A DNA stretch of 61,775 nt, the filler included, from Choristocarpus tenellus KU-1152 (taxonomy: Eukaryota > Protista > Phaeophyceae): NCBI GenBank assembly GCA_964200185.2. It is 14 parts of 14 records of this genome, joined end to end, with 100 filler letters (N's around TTAATTAATTAA, not from the genome) between each part and the next. Parts side by side here need not be neighbours in the genome. Positions count along the whole stretch, not along the records: positions 37,091 to 39,615 come from CAXNAD020027064.1; positions 39,716 to 46,073 come from CAXNAD020008308.1; positions 46,174 to 49,496 come from CAXNAD020020797.1; 11 more parts are not named here. One strand, 5' to 3'. Positions 37,685 through 49,200 of this stretch are shown here, in pieces. The position numbers were made by a program, and so were the translations under genes. The notes beneath the pieces are model-generated. The model ran no database searches and was not told the origin of the DNA. It saw only the letters and a program-made list of their open reading frames with translations. Each line of letters starts with the position of its first letter. The stretch's first letter is position 1.

Positions 37685-38797
37685 TTCAAGGTTACTGCCT
37701 TTGAGAGATGACATTTCTACAACTGATAAGAATAGCTGGAATATACCATGTATATACACCATCTTCGCCCTGCTTCTTATGACATCCTTTGCGCCCAACT
37801 TCTAAGTGATTGGTGTTATCGACATGTCAATCGGGTTAACTCCTAGGCTCAGTCACTCCCAAACATTATGGGGCAACAATTGATCCAATAGCTCCAGATT
37901 GTAGGGAAAAATGATTGCATCGTAGAGATCTCCACACGTCTTCAAATGGACATGCAAAGTCAAGCACTTCGTACGCATCTAGCTCCTTCAATTCGGAATT
38001 TTGAGTGCATACTTGCCTTTTACAAGCAAATAAATTCCTCATAGATGACTAGAACATTTTTTTCTCTCGTTCCACTCAGAGTTTATGACCCCTTGAGATG
38101 ATGCCATGTTGTGTGGGTGGCAATTTTGCGCTCTTTAACCACCATCTCTGTTCTTGCTGTACCTCATTTACACATGGCTTTGCTCATCCACCCTGATCAA
38201 TTGTGTTGAGAAGACATGTTCCCCGTACTGTGATTGCAGAGCCCCATCCCCCATCTCTAATGAGTGTAGTGTTTCGAATAACTTGACTGATCGCTGGGCA
38301 GGATGGTATGGTGATAATAAATGCCTTTCGAGGGAAGCATTGCAACGATTCAAGAAAAGAATGAAATGGAATCTCACATCGCTGTACCCCCGACTAAACG
38401 TCGATTTTGTACTTGGTGTGAAAGTGCCTTTTGTACTTGGCCGAGTGATAAGAAAAGGGCTTTTCCTTTACTCATGAACAAATACGTAACGTTGATGCTA
38501 TTGATCATCCTATGCTATGTATATTCGTGTCTTAACGGGAAAATACAAGGAGCAAATGAAGAAGAGGAACACAGTGTATGGGGGGTGGATTGAGAAGAAT
38601 GGAAGATAGAAGTAGATACAATACAACAAGAAAGGCACGTAAAATAATCCAGGCGGCTCTTCTTGTGCGCCTACAATTAGCTTAACTGGATTCTCGTAAA
38701 GAGAGTCCCCATCTTCTGGAAAGGTATCAGTAGCAATAGCAGTAGGAGAACCCAACTCCCAAGTCTCCTTGTATTGTCCCACCCTCCTCTGCTGAGG

Positions 38798-39310
38798 TCA
38801 TGAGAATATTTGGGATGTTCTTGAGTCGGCATCACGGCTGGGAGAACCTACCTTGGTGTTGACTGGTCGTAGGGGACAATCGCTCTGGAAGTGACCACAT
38901 GATCGAAGCTGCATGTAGATTTCTTGGTGGGAAATTCCAGCTCCTTGTACATGACCTCGAAGATGTTCATGTCCCGTGGGAAGCGGGTGGCGTTGGGTTT
39001 CCTGTTGGTTTCGTGAGCCAAAGAGGACAGAGACGTTTGTGTGTAGGCTCAAGAGGTGTGCGCCTTCCAGACAGAAGTTGTGTTCGAAGGATCAGGGTTG
39101 CTGTGGGGTGAAGTCTTACGTTCTCCGCCCATTAGCACCGAGTCTGAACTTCTTCTCCCATATTTCTCGCACGCTAGATTTGGACTCAGAAATCTCAACT
39201 ATGCGCATGTCTTTTTCTCTCTCCTCATCGGTTTTCGAAGTCATGTTTTTCTCTGCCTTAAGCTCCCCGAACGAGAGTGTTTTATCAAGCAAAACGAAAC
39301 CGTTTGATGA
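38798..39310 (-). pseudogene. Decayed ORF with a partial zinc knuckle, probably TE-derived
   Basis: GHFQSDCP half-knuckle; stops and frameshifts. Confidence 0.3.
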
Positions 39311-40814
39311 TGGTGATCGTTCACTTCAAGATTGAAAATGTGTCAGATATATTAATAATAATATATATGGTTTGAAGTATATTATGAGAAATATCATAGT
39401 ACTTGTGATACATTTTTTAATGGATATGGTAGGATCATGCAACTTCAATCTATTGGGGTCTGACGTATTATACATATGATGTACGTATTACAAGAGACAG
39501 GGCACAAGGGAATGCAGGGTCTGGGGAACAAAGGTACTGCCCCCCTGAAGGAGAGTACACCCCCACCTCCCTTCGAAAAGCCTTCATGAAGGCTAATAGC
39601 AACTCGGCACCAGGCNNNNNNNNNNNNNNNNNNNNNNNNNNNNNNNNNNNNNNNNNNNNTTAATTAATTAANNNNNNNNNNNNNNNNNNNNNNNNNNNNN
39701 NNNNNNNNNNNNNNNTTTGGTCATGTTTACCAAATGAGGGCAACTTCGAGCCCCTTCCCTTCCAAGGAAATGGATTCTGCACCTTGAAGCGTCGGTTTTG
39801 GTGCTCCTACATGACAGGGGGTGGCGGAGGTACAAGGAAGGTTGCATCCCCTGATTCTGGGACTGTGCGTTCACAGCCTTGGCAGGACATGAGCCCCCCA
39901 CCCTCAATTACCCGTAGTATCGTACTCCCTGAGGGGAAACCTGTGTCTGCTCTACCCTCATTTTCCCCTGCTGCTCCTGCTGTTATTGTGCTGTTAGATG
40001 AATCCCTGATTTGCCATGAGGAACTCGCCAGGTACAAGTGCCCGATCTTTGGGAAAGTCTTTCTAGGCACATGTTTTATTTTTGCCACCCTCATCATACC
40101 GAATGTAAGGTTGTAACTGGCAATGGGGTGTCAACCTCCACTTCTCGGTAGGTTGCCACCGCAGGATCTGGCAGTCAGAGTTTGGTGGAGGGGTAGCATG
40201 AAATTTAGGGTGAGTTGTGACGGACCTTGGAAGGGTTCAAGGAAATGGCAGCACTATAGTGCAACAACAAATGGTACTCATGAGCACATGCGGATCAGAT
40301 ACTGGGGGGGAGAGTATAAGGCACTGGGGCATCATATACTGAAGATTAGGCATTGTGCCTAAGTGGGAAGCTGCTATAAATTCAAAGAGACTTTGAAGCA
40401 CCTTGTACACTTTTGACCTTTGTAAGTGACTGTGGTAAGAAGGTATTGGGCTGACAAGTTGGGCAGTATGGTTGGTAAGTCAGTCACTGGTGTACTGCCA
40501 CCTTTTGGGCATTGAATTTTTTATGTTGTTGACAGTACACCCAACCCAAACACTAACCCTAACCCTAAAATCGTGTATAGGGTCATCGCTTGAAAATATG
40601 TGAGCAGTGTTCTGTTACTGCTTGACGAAAATACCATATAATTTGTGTGTGTTGTAAAAGCAGACTTGCTTACATGCACTCCACCTTGAATTTTCCACTC
40701 TTCCTCCCCCAATCACAATGCCTCTGAACTAGAATATATCAAAACTCTCCATAATCATTCACAAAAACCCAACCCTGTTTTTATAAGAACCCTTATGTTT
40801 AGCCTATACCTTAC

Positions 40815-40905
40815 CACCAAGTACGGTAGGACCTCCTCCTACCCCTTCCAAGGATGTCTGCATTGAAAAGGGAAGTTCTTGAATATAGAGGTACAACTGT
40901 TCCAC
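40815..40905 (-). CDS. Probable internal exon of an unidentified gene
   Basis: tctag|VEQLYLYIQELPFSMQTSLEGVGGGPTVLG|gtaagg. Confidence 0.4.
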
Positions 40906-43900
40906 CTAGACACAAAGTCAGATAGTCACATAACTGTCTCTCCCTTGGCAGAACAGTGGTATCTCAATATGCGACAGAATCAGAGGTTGAGAAATTGAAC
41001 AATGGCAGGACTGCCTTCTTGACTCCCTATGGCGGGAGGATAAATATAGAGTTGAGACTAGAGAGGGGTGCAGGAATGGGGGCGAGAGGAATGGCTAAGA
41101 TTGAGATGACTGCTTGGGGGAGTCACAAGAAATTTCTTTCTGGCCCAATGGAATAGTGGTATCTCAATATTTGACAACAGTCAGTGCCATGTATTCACCA
41201 AAGCCCCCCCCCCCCCCCCCCCCCCCCCCCCAACCGACAAATGTCACCACACTACACCCACCAGGTCTTCCGTGTTCAAGTACTCGCACGGTGGGACTGT
41301 CACAGTGTTCTATGATTAACTGCAGGTGTGGTACTTGTCACCGATCCAATGGGCCTACTGGTACAGGGGCCTACCTCTCTGGACAGGAGTACCATCCTGA
41401 AAGATTGAGTAGTTTGTGTGTGTGTGGTGGGGGGGGGGGGGAGGAGTGGCAAGGTTAAATTGGGTACAGTAGCACGATAGTCAAATGAGACAGGTCAGGT
41501 GCTGTAATTCACTATTGATATCACAATATCTCCAAAAGATTCACCAAAAGATAGCATTCACTCGAGCATGGTACTAATCAAGAGTCTTAGTAATACGATG
41601 GCATTGAATTTTAGACTAGTGTCCGAACCCTTTCATCGACAGTATGATGCCCACAACACGCCAGTCAATGCATTTTAATACACATATTTACGTACTACTC
41701 TCGAAGTGAGTATAATGCTGTTGGTATGAACCATTTCTTCTCTTGCTTACACTGGTATTGTAGAGTGAGGTGAAGCCCTATTTGCATCTTGTAGGCACAC
41801 AGCGCTTTCTTCACATATTACCTCTCACATATTTGGGGGAATGATAAAGATATTGAAACAGTAGCGATGACCCTCTGCTGGTCAGATACAATAAGGATTG
41901 ATCTCACTTCTGCATAGAAAAAATCGGAGGCCAAGGGAGCGGTACAATGCTATACACATACCACAAAACGGTAAAACAAATTACAATCATACCATCAATG
42001 GTTTCATTCATTCTCAGTCATACCATTTCGACGACTAACCCGACACCCAATTTTGTACACTGAATCGTGCTTTTCAAGACACCACAGAAGCAGAACAATG
42101 GTAGCTCTGGGGGGGGGGGTTAACTTTTTGGGAGGTTTACATGTCAGATTGCAAAATACACATGAAAAGAAAAAAATTGAAATGGCTGTTGGGATGTGTA
42201 CACATATGGTGTCTGTCATTTTTTGGAGAAGATTCACTCAGGGTTTCTGTGCATGCTCCAAATCACATTAGGGAGAAGGTAAGTATCCTCTCTCTCTCGC
42301 TCTCTCTTGGCATTCAAGTTTTCCCAGGCTGCACTCCACTGTTCTATCCTCCAACAAAGAAATGAGCCTGTTTCATGTATGATAAACATGCGTATGTATG
42401 ATTTCTCAGTCAGATAAAGAATCAATATTATGTATATATTTTTATTCTCAGTTGGGTGTACACCTCCTACATTTCATGCAACTGCTCCCCTTTCTTGTCT
42501 TTATTCTCATAGCCCCCTCCCATTCCCCCCCCCCCCTGGGCAGTTTCCTTGGGGTCGCTGAGGAACTCTTTCCAGGAATAGCGAGAGGTATGGAGGAAGT
42601 AACTGTGCAATATAGGCTGGTAGTCTATATGGGTTATAGGTGTTTAGTGACCACTACTAGACAACAGGAATGTTGACTAAGTGAATCAAGTGTCATTGAC
42701 TTGTGTTCGTGTGCTTAGAGTAATGGGTTCGAAATTCAGATGATCAGATGATCGATTTCTTATTACTTGATATAAATGGACTGATGGAGGAGTTCTGATA
42801 TACTTACTAGCTACACAGGATAAGTGACATAGCACGATGTAACAGCAGGACACGTTTTGATGTGTCAGCTGATATATGTAACAAACACTAAGATAATAAG
42901 AGAGAGCACCCACCACCACCGAGGGCGGTGCTCACTCCGCTAATAAACATATCCATACCACACAAAGCAAAATACTCTACTTGAGTGGTTCTCTTTTGCA
43001 AAGTAACTGCCATCGTGATGCTCCAGCAAATACTGGGATGTGACGGGGCTGGTGCTAAGCTGCTGTGACTGCCGGAGGTATGACAAGAAGAAGATTTCCT
43101 CTTTTTTTCTTTTTTTCTCTCTTTTTTATGTGTTTTATCGTGCTTTCTGGATGCACGACCATATGTTATGACTACTAACACAAGAAATATTAATCATAAT
43201 CAATGTACTGATGGTGCTGTGTGTGTGTGTGTATGTGTGTGTATGTGTGTTTGATTTTACTGCCACTTGGCGTTTTATATATAGGGTGCTATGATCAAGT
43301 GGAGACAATAAAGAAAAAATGTTGAGAATGTTGTTGTTTTTCTACACCTTGCACATGTGAACGCTCTGGTATTTGTGAGTTTTTGTTTATCTGATGACGG
43401 TTTCAACAATCAAATAGCCTCGCGTCTACATCGAGAGCTACACCTACCTTACTTATGTGTGTGTTACGTGTGTGCTATGTATGTGTTGTTGGGCCATTAG
43501 GATGCTTTTGTCTTGTCTGGTATGATGCACCCTCAATATTGACATCATTTCAATTTCTCGATTCATATCGAGAAAAATATATTATTCAACCAAATTCCAA
43601 CCAAATTAATATATATGTATATGATGTCTTTGGCAGTTCCTGCTCCCTCCAAACAATACTTGGACTTGAGTCACTGTTGTGAGTGTCACAGGTACAGTGG
43701 CATTGGAGTGGGCAGATGAGGGTCGAAGAATGTGGCATCAGGAAAAGATATCCAGCAAGGTCACTAGGGTAGAGAACCAGATTGTGGCTCTGGGCATTGC
43801 CACGGGCGTGGTCGACCACATCAATGCTACAAAAGAAGAGTGATAGTTTTTTTTTCTTCACTCCCCTGTTGAAGTAGTCTTTCCCACCTTAGTTGACTTG

Positions 43901-45148
43901 GCAAGGGTTTGCCAATACTGTGTATGGCATATGCATGTACGTGTCTACTGTTTCCTTGGTTGTGTTTCACAGATACTGACTGGGGGGGGCGGAGGTAGAG
44001 AAATCTACACTCTCAAGTAAGGCTGAATACTTCATCCATAGAAATATGGGCGATTAACAAAAGATTGAACATCCGGCTTGAAATGTAAAATGACCAAAAA
44101 CTGAGTACCTCTCGTTTACTTTGGCTCAAATGGGAATGCGGAAAGTGCCTGCCTGCTACTATCTCGTCTGAACGTATTTTCGCGTAAGAGCATAACCCAG
44201 TGTAAGCCGTATTCAAGCGTATGAAACAATGGTGAGTGACTTCACGTAATTGACATCTTAGGCCAGAACGTGGCTATGACCCAGCAATCAACATGTACCA
44301 GAATACAATCCTACCATAACCGATCCCCACATTTAGGTGCGATGCTTCTAAAATTTGCTAGTTAAATGCGGACAACCTTGGTTCATCATCATAGGCAAGT
44401 ATACCATCAAATAATACTAGAGTGGACTAATATACGGATACTTGATAAGAATAATGAATTTAGGGTGGAGTATCACGCCCTCTTGCTCTTGGGTGAGGAT
44501 ATGACTTCCAGGAGAGTAGGCTCCACCTCGGAGCGATTTTTTTCTCTTTGTAGTCTTGACTGATGATCTGTGGAGACCATCAAAGGTGCTGACGTGTTCA
44601 AGTAGGACATGTGATAGTACGTGAGAATATCTGGGTGGGGGTAGTTAAATTGTGGTTGATACAAAAGAATCACACAAGCGTGACTTGGTGGTGCCTGGAA
44701 CTACACTCTCCAACACACACGGAGGCGGATACATTTCACACTGCTGCAATATTCGACGGAGTCTGTCCTGCCTATTGTATCATTGCCATAATGTTAACTA
44801 CTAATGAGCCAAAGTAAACAAAGAGGTGACCAGTTCTTGGCCGTTTTGCATCACAAGCAAGTTTTTCAATCATTTAGAATTCGCCCATATTTCTATGGAT
44901 GAAGTGCGAAGTTTGACTTGAGACGATAGATAGATTCGCCTATTGCTTGAAACTTTTTGACACAGTTCGGAAAATATCCTGTACGCATTCTTAAACAGGC
45001 GAATTTTGCACGTATTTGCCAGCATCCATAAAATGCAACTTGAGTACCTCTCGTTTACTATGACTCAATATTATAGACATTGTCATGTGCTGAAGCCGAA
45101 TAGAGTTGCTTCTGAGGGGTCATTGCTGCAGTGTGTGATGGTGAATGT

Positions 45149-45400
45149 GAGTGAGAGTAATTGAGAGGCTGGCAGGTTTGGGTCCTCTTGCATTCTAAAC
45201 CATCTTTACTACCCTGTGCACTACACCCTATTGCATTGCTTTATGTGCACAATAGCGTACGCAAAATTGATATTCCCCCTTTCGACAAAAAAGTGACACA
45301 GCAAGAAGGGCTCTTTCTGCAATTGTACAAAATGACGTATTTTTGCCATTTCTTGAGGTCCATAAAATTTAATCTTGCCTACCTCTCGAATATTTTGGTC
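45149..45400 (+). mobile_element. TIR element family D; second copy about 54252-54577 with an internal tandem duplication of about 85 bp
   Basis: Shared cattgcttta.gtgcacaatag..aaaattgat..ccctttc..attgtacaaaatg..tttcttgag..tgcctacctct; GAG-type left ends. Confidence 0.6.
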
Positions 45401-46173
45401 GATTGTGTGCATCTTTATTGGGAGTCGAGGGAGAGCAAAAAGGCATGCCACATACAGAAAGAGACACACACAGATAGACAAACAACTATCCATCGTGCTT
45501 TCATTCTTTGCAGTACCTGCCGCAAGAAATCTTTAAAGTTGTTGACTTTCATACTTCGAAGCAAAGTAGTGGTGGTACTACGTTGACGAACTTTTTCGGA
45601 CTGATCATATGGAACCGTTCGTCCACTCCGAATGTTTTTTTGTTTGATCTATACCTTACCGTGGTAGGTAGTAGTATTTGAAGTAGTAGTAATAGTAGTA
45701 CTGTAGAAGCAGTAGTAGGATTTCCTCTACACCACAGTTAAGACTGGAGTATGCAATTCCCGTGATAATATTAAAGTACAAAATTATACACTTCGAAGTA
45801 CTTTAGATACAAGCAAGTTTCAGTTTGACGACGATGTGTAGACACCACAAACAGCACAGTAAAACACTCGCTTTTTCGAGTTCAAAGATAACCTTACGAA
45901 AGGCAACAGTTTTCATCTTCAAATGTCCGAATTTCAAGGGCACTCTGTTCATTGAGTGAAGTAGAAGAAAATTCACACTATGTGTGAGCGACTTGTGGGG
46001 GTTGTGTTGAATTATCCCACACTGGACCCGCGGCTTTTGGATGGTGCTTTAATGAAGGACAAAGAACAGCTTGNNNNNNNNNNNNNNNNNNNNNNNNNNN
46101 NNNNNNNNNNNNNNNNNTTAATTAATTAANNNNNNNNNNNNNNNNNNNNNNNNNNNNNNNNNNNNNNNNNNNN

Positions 46174-46239
46174 TGGGAAGCCAAGCCCCACAAATGGACA
46201 AACAGGGAAAAATTCGTACCCTCTAGGATAGTTTCACTC
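46174..46239 (-). mobile_element. MITE family B terminus at contig start, abutting the transposase exon
   Basis: gggaagccaagcccc..aaatggacaaacaggg..cgtaccctctaggatagtttcactc. Confidence 0.85.
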
Positions 46240-49200
46240 AGACGCCGCGAATCAGACAGCACACGCCCTCTCAGCACTTTACCCACCTACCCATGGCGGT
46301 GACAGGTAACCACACGAACGCATAGGCCATCCGACAACAACTTTGCAGCCGCACGCGGAACAGAATAGACGACCCTGTTTTATTCTACGAATGAGTGCAA
46401 AGTCCCAAGAACTAATCGCCAAAACAGACGCACATAATTGCACTACCTATTCCATTCATCGTGATGATGACGCACCATGGAACCTTTCTTTACACGTTCA
46501 TTTCGTTCATGTCCTTCTTATCAGGGGCTACTCCGAGCGCCAGAAGATCATGGCCGCACACTTTGAAGGCCAGTTCGCAGAGTTCTTCTTCACTCCTATC
46601 AATCTTGGAGGAGGTACGTATTGTGGGTCGTGGCAAGCAATCACATGACTGAATAGATGCTGGTTGCACACGCACCACTTGATTTACCGCCGTGGCGAGT
46701 GGACCTGCCGTAGGTTAAATCCGTAAGGACGACTACATCCTTACACGATGTGCCTACAGATACCACAGGCCTAGTGAACAGTCGATTAACTGATCATGCG
46801 CTGTGCTCCCCTGCCCTCCTACGCCTCAGCTTAGGGTTAGAGCGAGAGGAGCGTAAGAACTAATCGACGAGGAGGAAAACACACAGACATGTACATCAGC
46901 CATTCGGGTGTATGTGCTCTACATTGCATAAACAAATTCCATTACCCCTCTTTTTAGCTCCAAATAAACAATGCGTAAGTAAGCAGAGTACTTTTTGCCA
47001 ACTAACGACGGACATCATTGTTCGCGCAGGTTGTAACCTTGTCTGCACAGCCACCCGCCTTGCCCTCACAAGGCTTATCGACAAGTACCACAACAGCCTC
47101 GATCACGCAGGGAGTTGCATCATCCAACACGCGCATTGGCAGTGTAGAAAGTTTCATCTTGACACGACCTACTCAACACATACTCGCTGAATACTGGCCA
47201 CCAAGTAACTAACTGCACGGTCTTTAGGTTTGGTTTGTGTGTTGCAACCTGCATGTATGATGGCGGTGATGCAGAGGTTGCGCTCTAGCAGTACTGGAAA
47301 CATACCCTGTTCCTCCACGAAACACGGCGAAATGGGCTGACATATCGGCCTCACGCCTATTCCTCCCTCGCTCCCAACTCCCCTAACTGGCCAGGTCGAC
47401 AACTGCGTCTCAGAGAACAAGAACAATTTCTTTCTCGGATATGCGGGGCTGTTGGTCGCGGCGAGTGTAATTCGTGTGGTCAAGATACATTTTATGAGGG
47501 TGGGGCACACACACATCAAAATCGATCAGATCTTCTCCAGGTAATTAGGCAAGATATGCAAGTTCGATAGCCACGTAGTGTTTATTCGGACAGATACTGC
47601 CTTGAGGCTTGCAGCTCACGCTTGTTGCATCCATGGAAGGTTTATGGCCGTACACTGTAATTGATTGGTTGGCTTTGATTTCCCCACAACAAAATTGAAC
47701 GATAAGAGCAGCTGCCAAATTTGTTTCGTAACATACTCTCCAAACAAAACAATAAAAAAAATGTACGCATCACCCCTTTTTTTATCTATACTTCCATACA
47801 CATGCATCGGAGCATGTGCCTGCATATATATCTTGCTTCTCCACTTCGCTTCTTTCGCCCTCGCCTCAAAAATAACTTCCTTACATTTCACCTTCAGGTT
47901 CTCACGTGGTATAAAAGGGAAGAACATATACACAAGAACACAGCTGGGTGAAGAGCTGCAGGCTTCTTACACGGAGGTTCCAGTATACTACAAGACCCTA
48001 CGGAATGAGGGAAACTTCAAGGAACTCCTTCGCGGTCGCGTCAACTGTGTTCCCAATATCACGAGCTACAGGGCTTTTCGCGTTGGAAAAGGCGGTGATG
48101 GGCGGGTGAAGGTTAGCGTAAAGCGATACATGCACAGCACCGAATGGAGTGGGATAGGTGGAGACCTTGCTATGGACCCCAACGCCCCTCCGCACGACCT
48201 CTTCATCGGCTACCCGCCTCGTATCCAACATGCACCACCCTACCAGCTCGTTCCCGAAGACGTCATCCTGAAGGTGGAGCAGCGGTACCAGGCGTCGCAT
48301 GAGCCCCTCGCTGCTGCGTACCCACTGGGTAAGTCGATTTTATCGTGAGGGGAGTTGATAGCTAATTTTGGTATTCGGTGGCAGCCAAACAAATCTGGTG
48401 CAACTTCTGTACAATGCAACATTTACAGCCTTTAGAAAAACAATCTTGAAAAATATTCCATTATCATGCGTAGTGATCGTCGCATGTTACAATAAAAAGT
48501 ACCATAGATTACCCCCGATAAATGTTTTGAGGGTATCGGTCTTGTACTCAACAGACACGATTCCGACGAAATATACACCCTCCCTCTCACCGAATGCTCC
48601 CCGAGTGCATTCGTGAAACATCACGCCTGGTAACAAAGTAGCATTCATGCTTCCATACCGTCGATGTTCTCGTGCGCATGGATTCCACCTTTACAGATGA
48701 TGAAGCCGTTCGGAGAGCGAAACACGAGCAAAGCGAGTCTGTGCGGCTTCTCAAAAAGACAGGGGAACGAGATTTCGACCTCCCAGTCCACTGGCTTCCC
48801 ACCAATGACGATGGCGCTGGAACTGGTACCAGCGATGTCGAAGACACCAACCAGGGCAAACGTTCGAGTGGAGGAGATAGTCTCGTCAGCGGGGCTCGAG
48901 GAAACACACTCTTCCTCATCGGACAGTGACAAGGAAGAAGCTAGCTCCCGTCGACGGGGTTGGCCTCGTGCTACGTTGACATCGGGGAACCATGGAAACC
49001 TCGTCTCAGTGCTGGAAGGCAGGTTTGCCTTCTTTGTGGCAACTGAGGCACCACTCTTAGTTGGCAAGATCCTAGCGGAGCGCGTCAGCGAGGACGGGGA
49101 GCGTGGGGTGGATCTTCACTGGCTTCGGCCTACCAGTGACCACACACGTGACAACGCCGTGTTTACGACCCTTGAGAAGTACGGGAAAAGTATACATACT
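46240..49200 (+). mobile_element. Intron-containing Sola-superfamily DDD transposase pseudogene; exons about 46240-46305, 46525-46613, 47030-47142, 47395-47540, 47898-48328, 48697-49200
   Basis: Phase-consistent exons give DAANQ...GGCNLVCT...Q|VDNCVSENKNNFF...FMRVGHTHIKIDQIFSRFS, matching the Sola DNCxxENKN and GHTHxxID motifs; damaged donor at 47143 and a frameshift near 48890. Confidence 0.82.

Noticed and set aside
40956-41156. FLTPYGGR resembling the chitin synthase TPYGGR motif
   Set aside because: The downstream W..PG...HLKDK context is absent; too short to support.
44200-44600. Gypsy integrase-like remnant; similar decayed stretches at 2545-3140, 8270-9460, 26600-27200, 56900-57800
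   Set aside because: Too degenerate to assign from motifs by eye; needs BLASTX/HMM searches.
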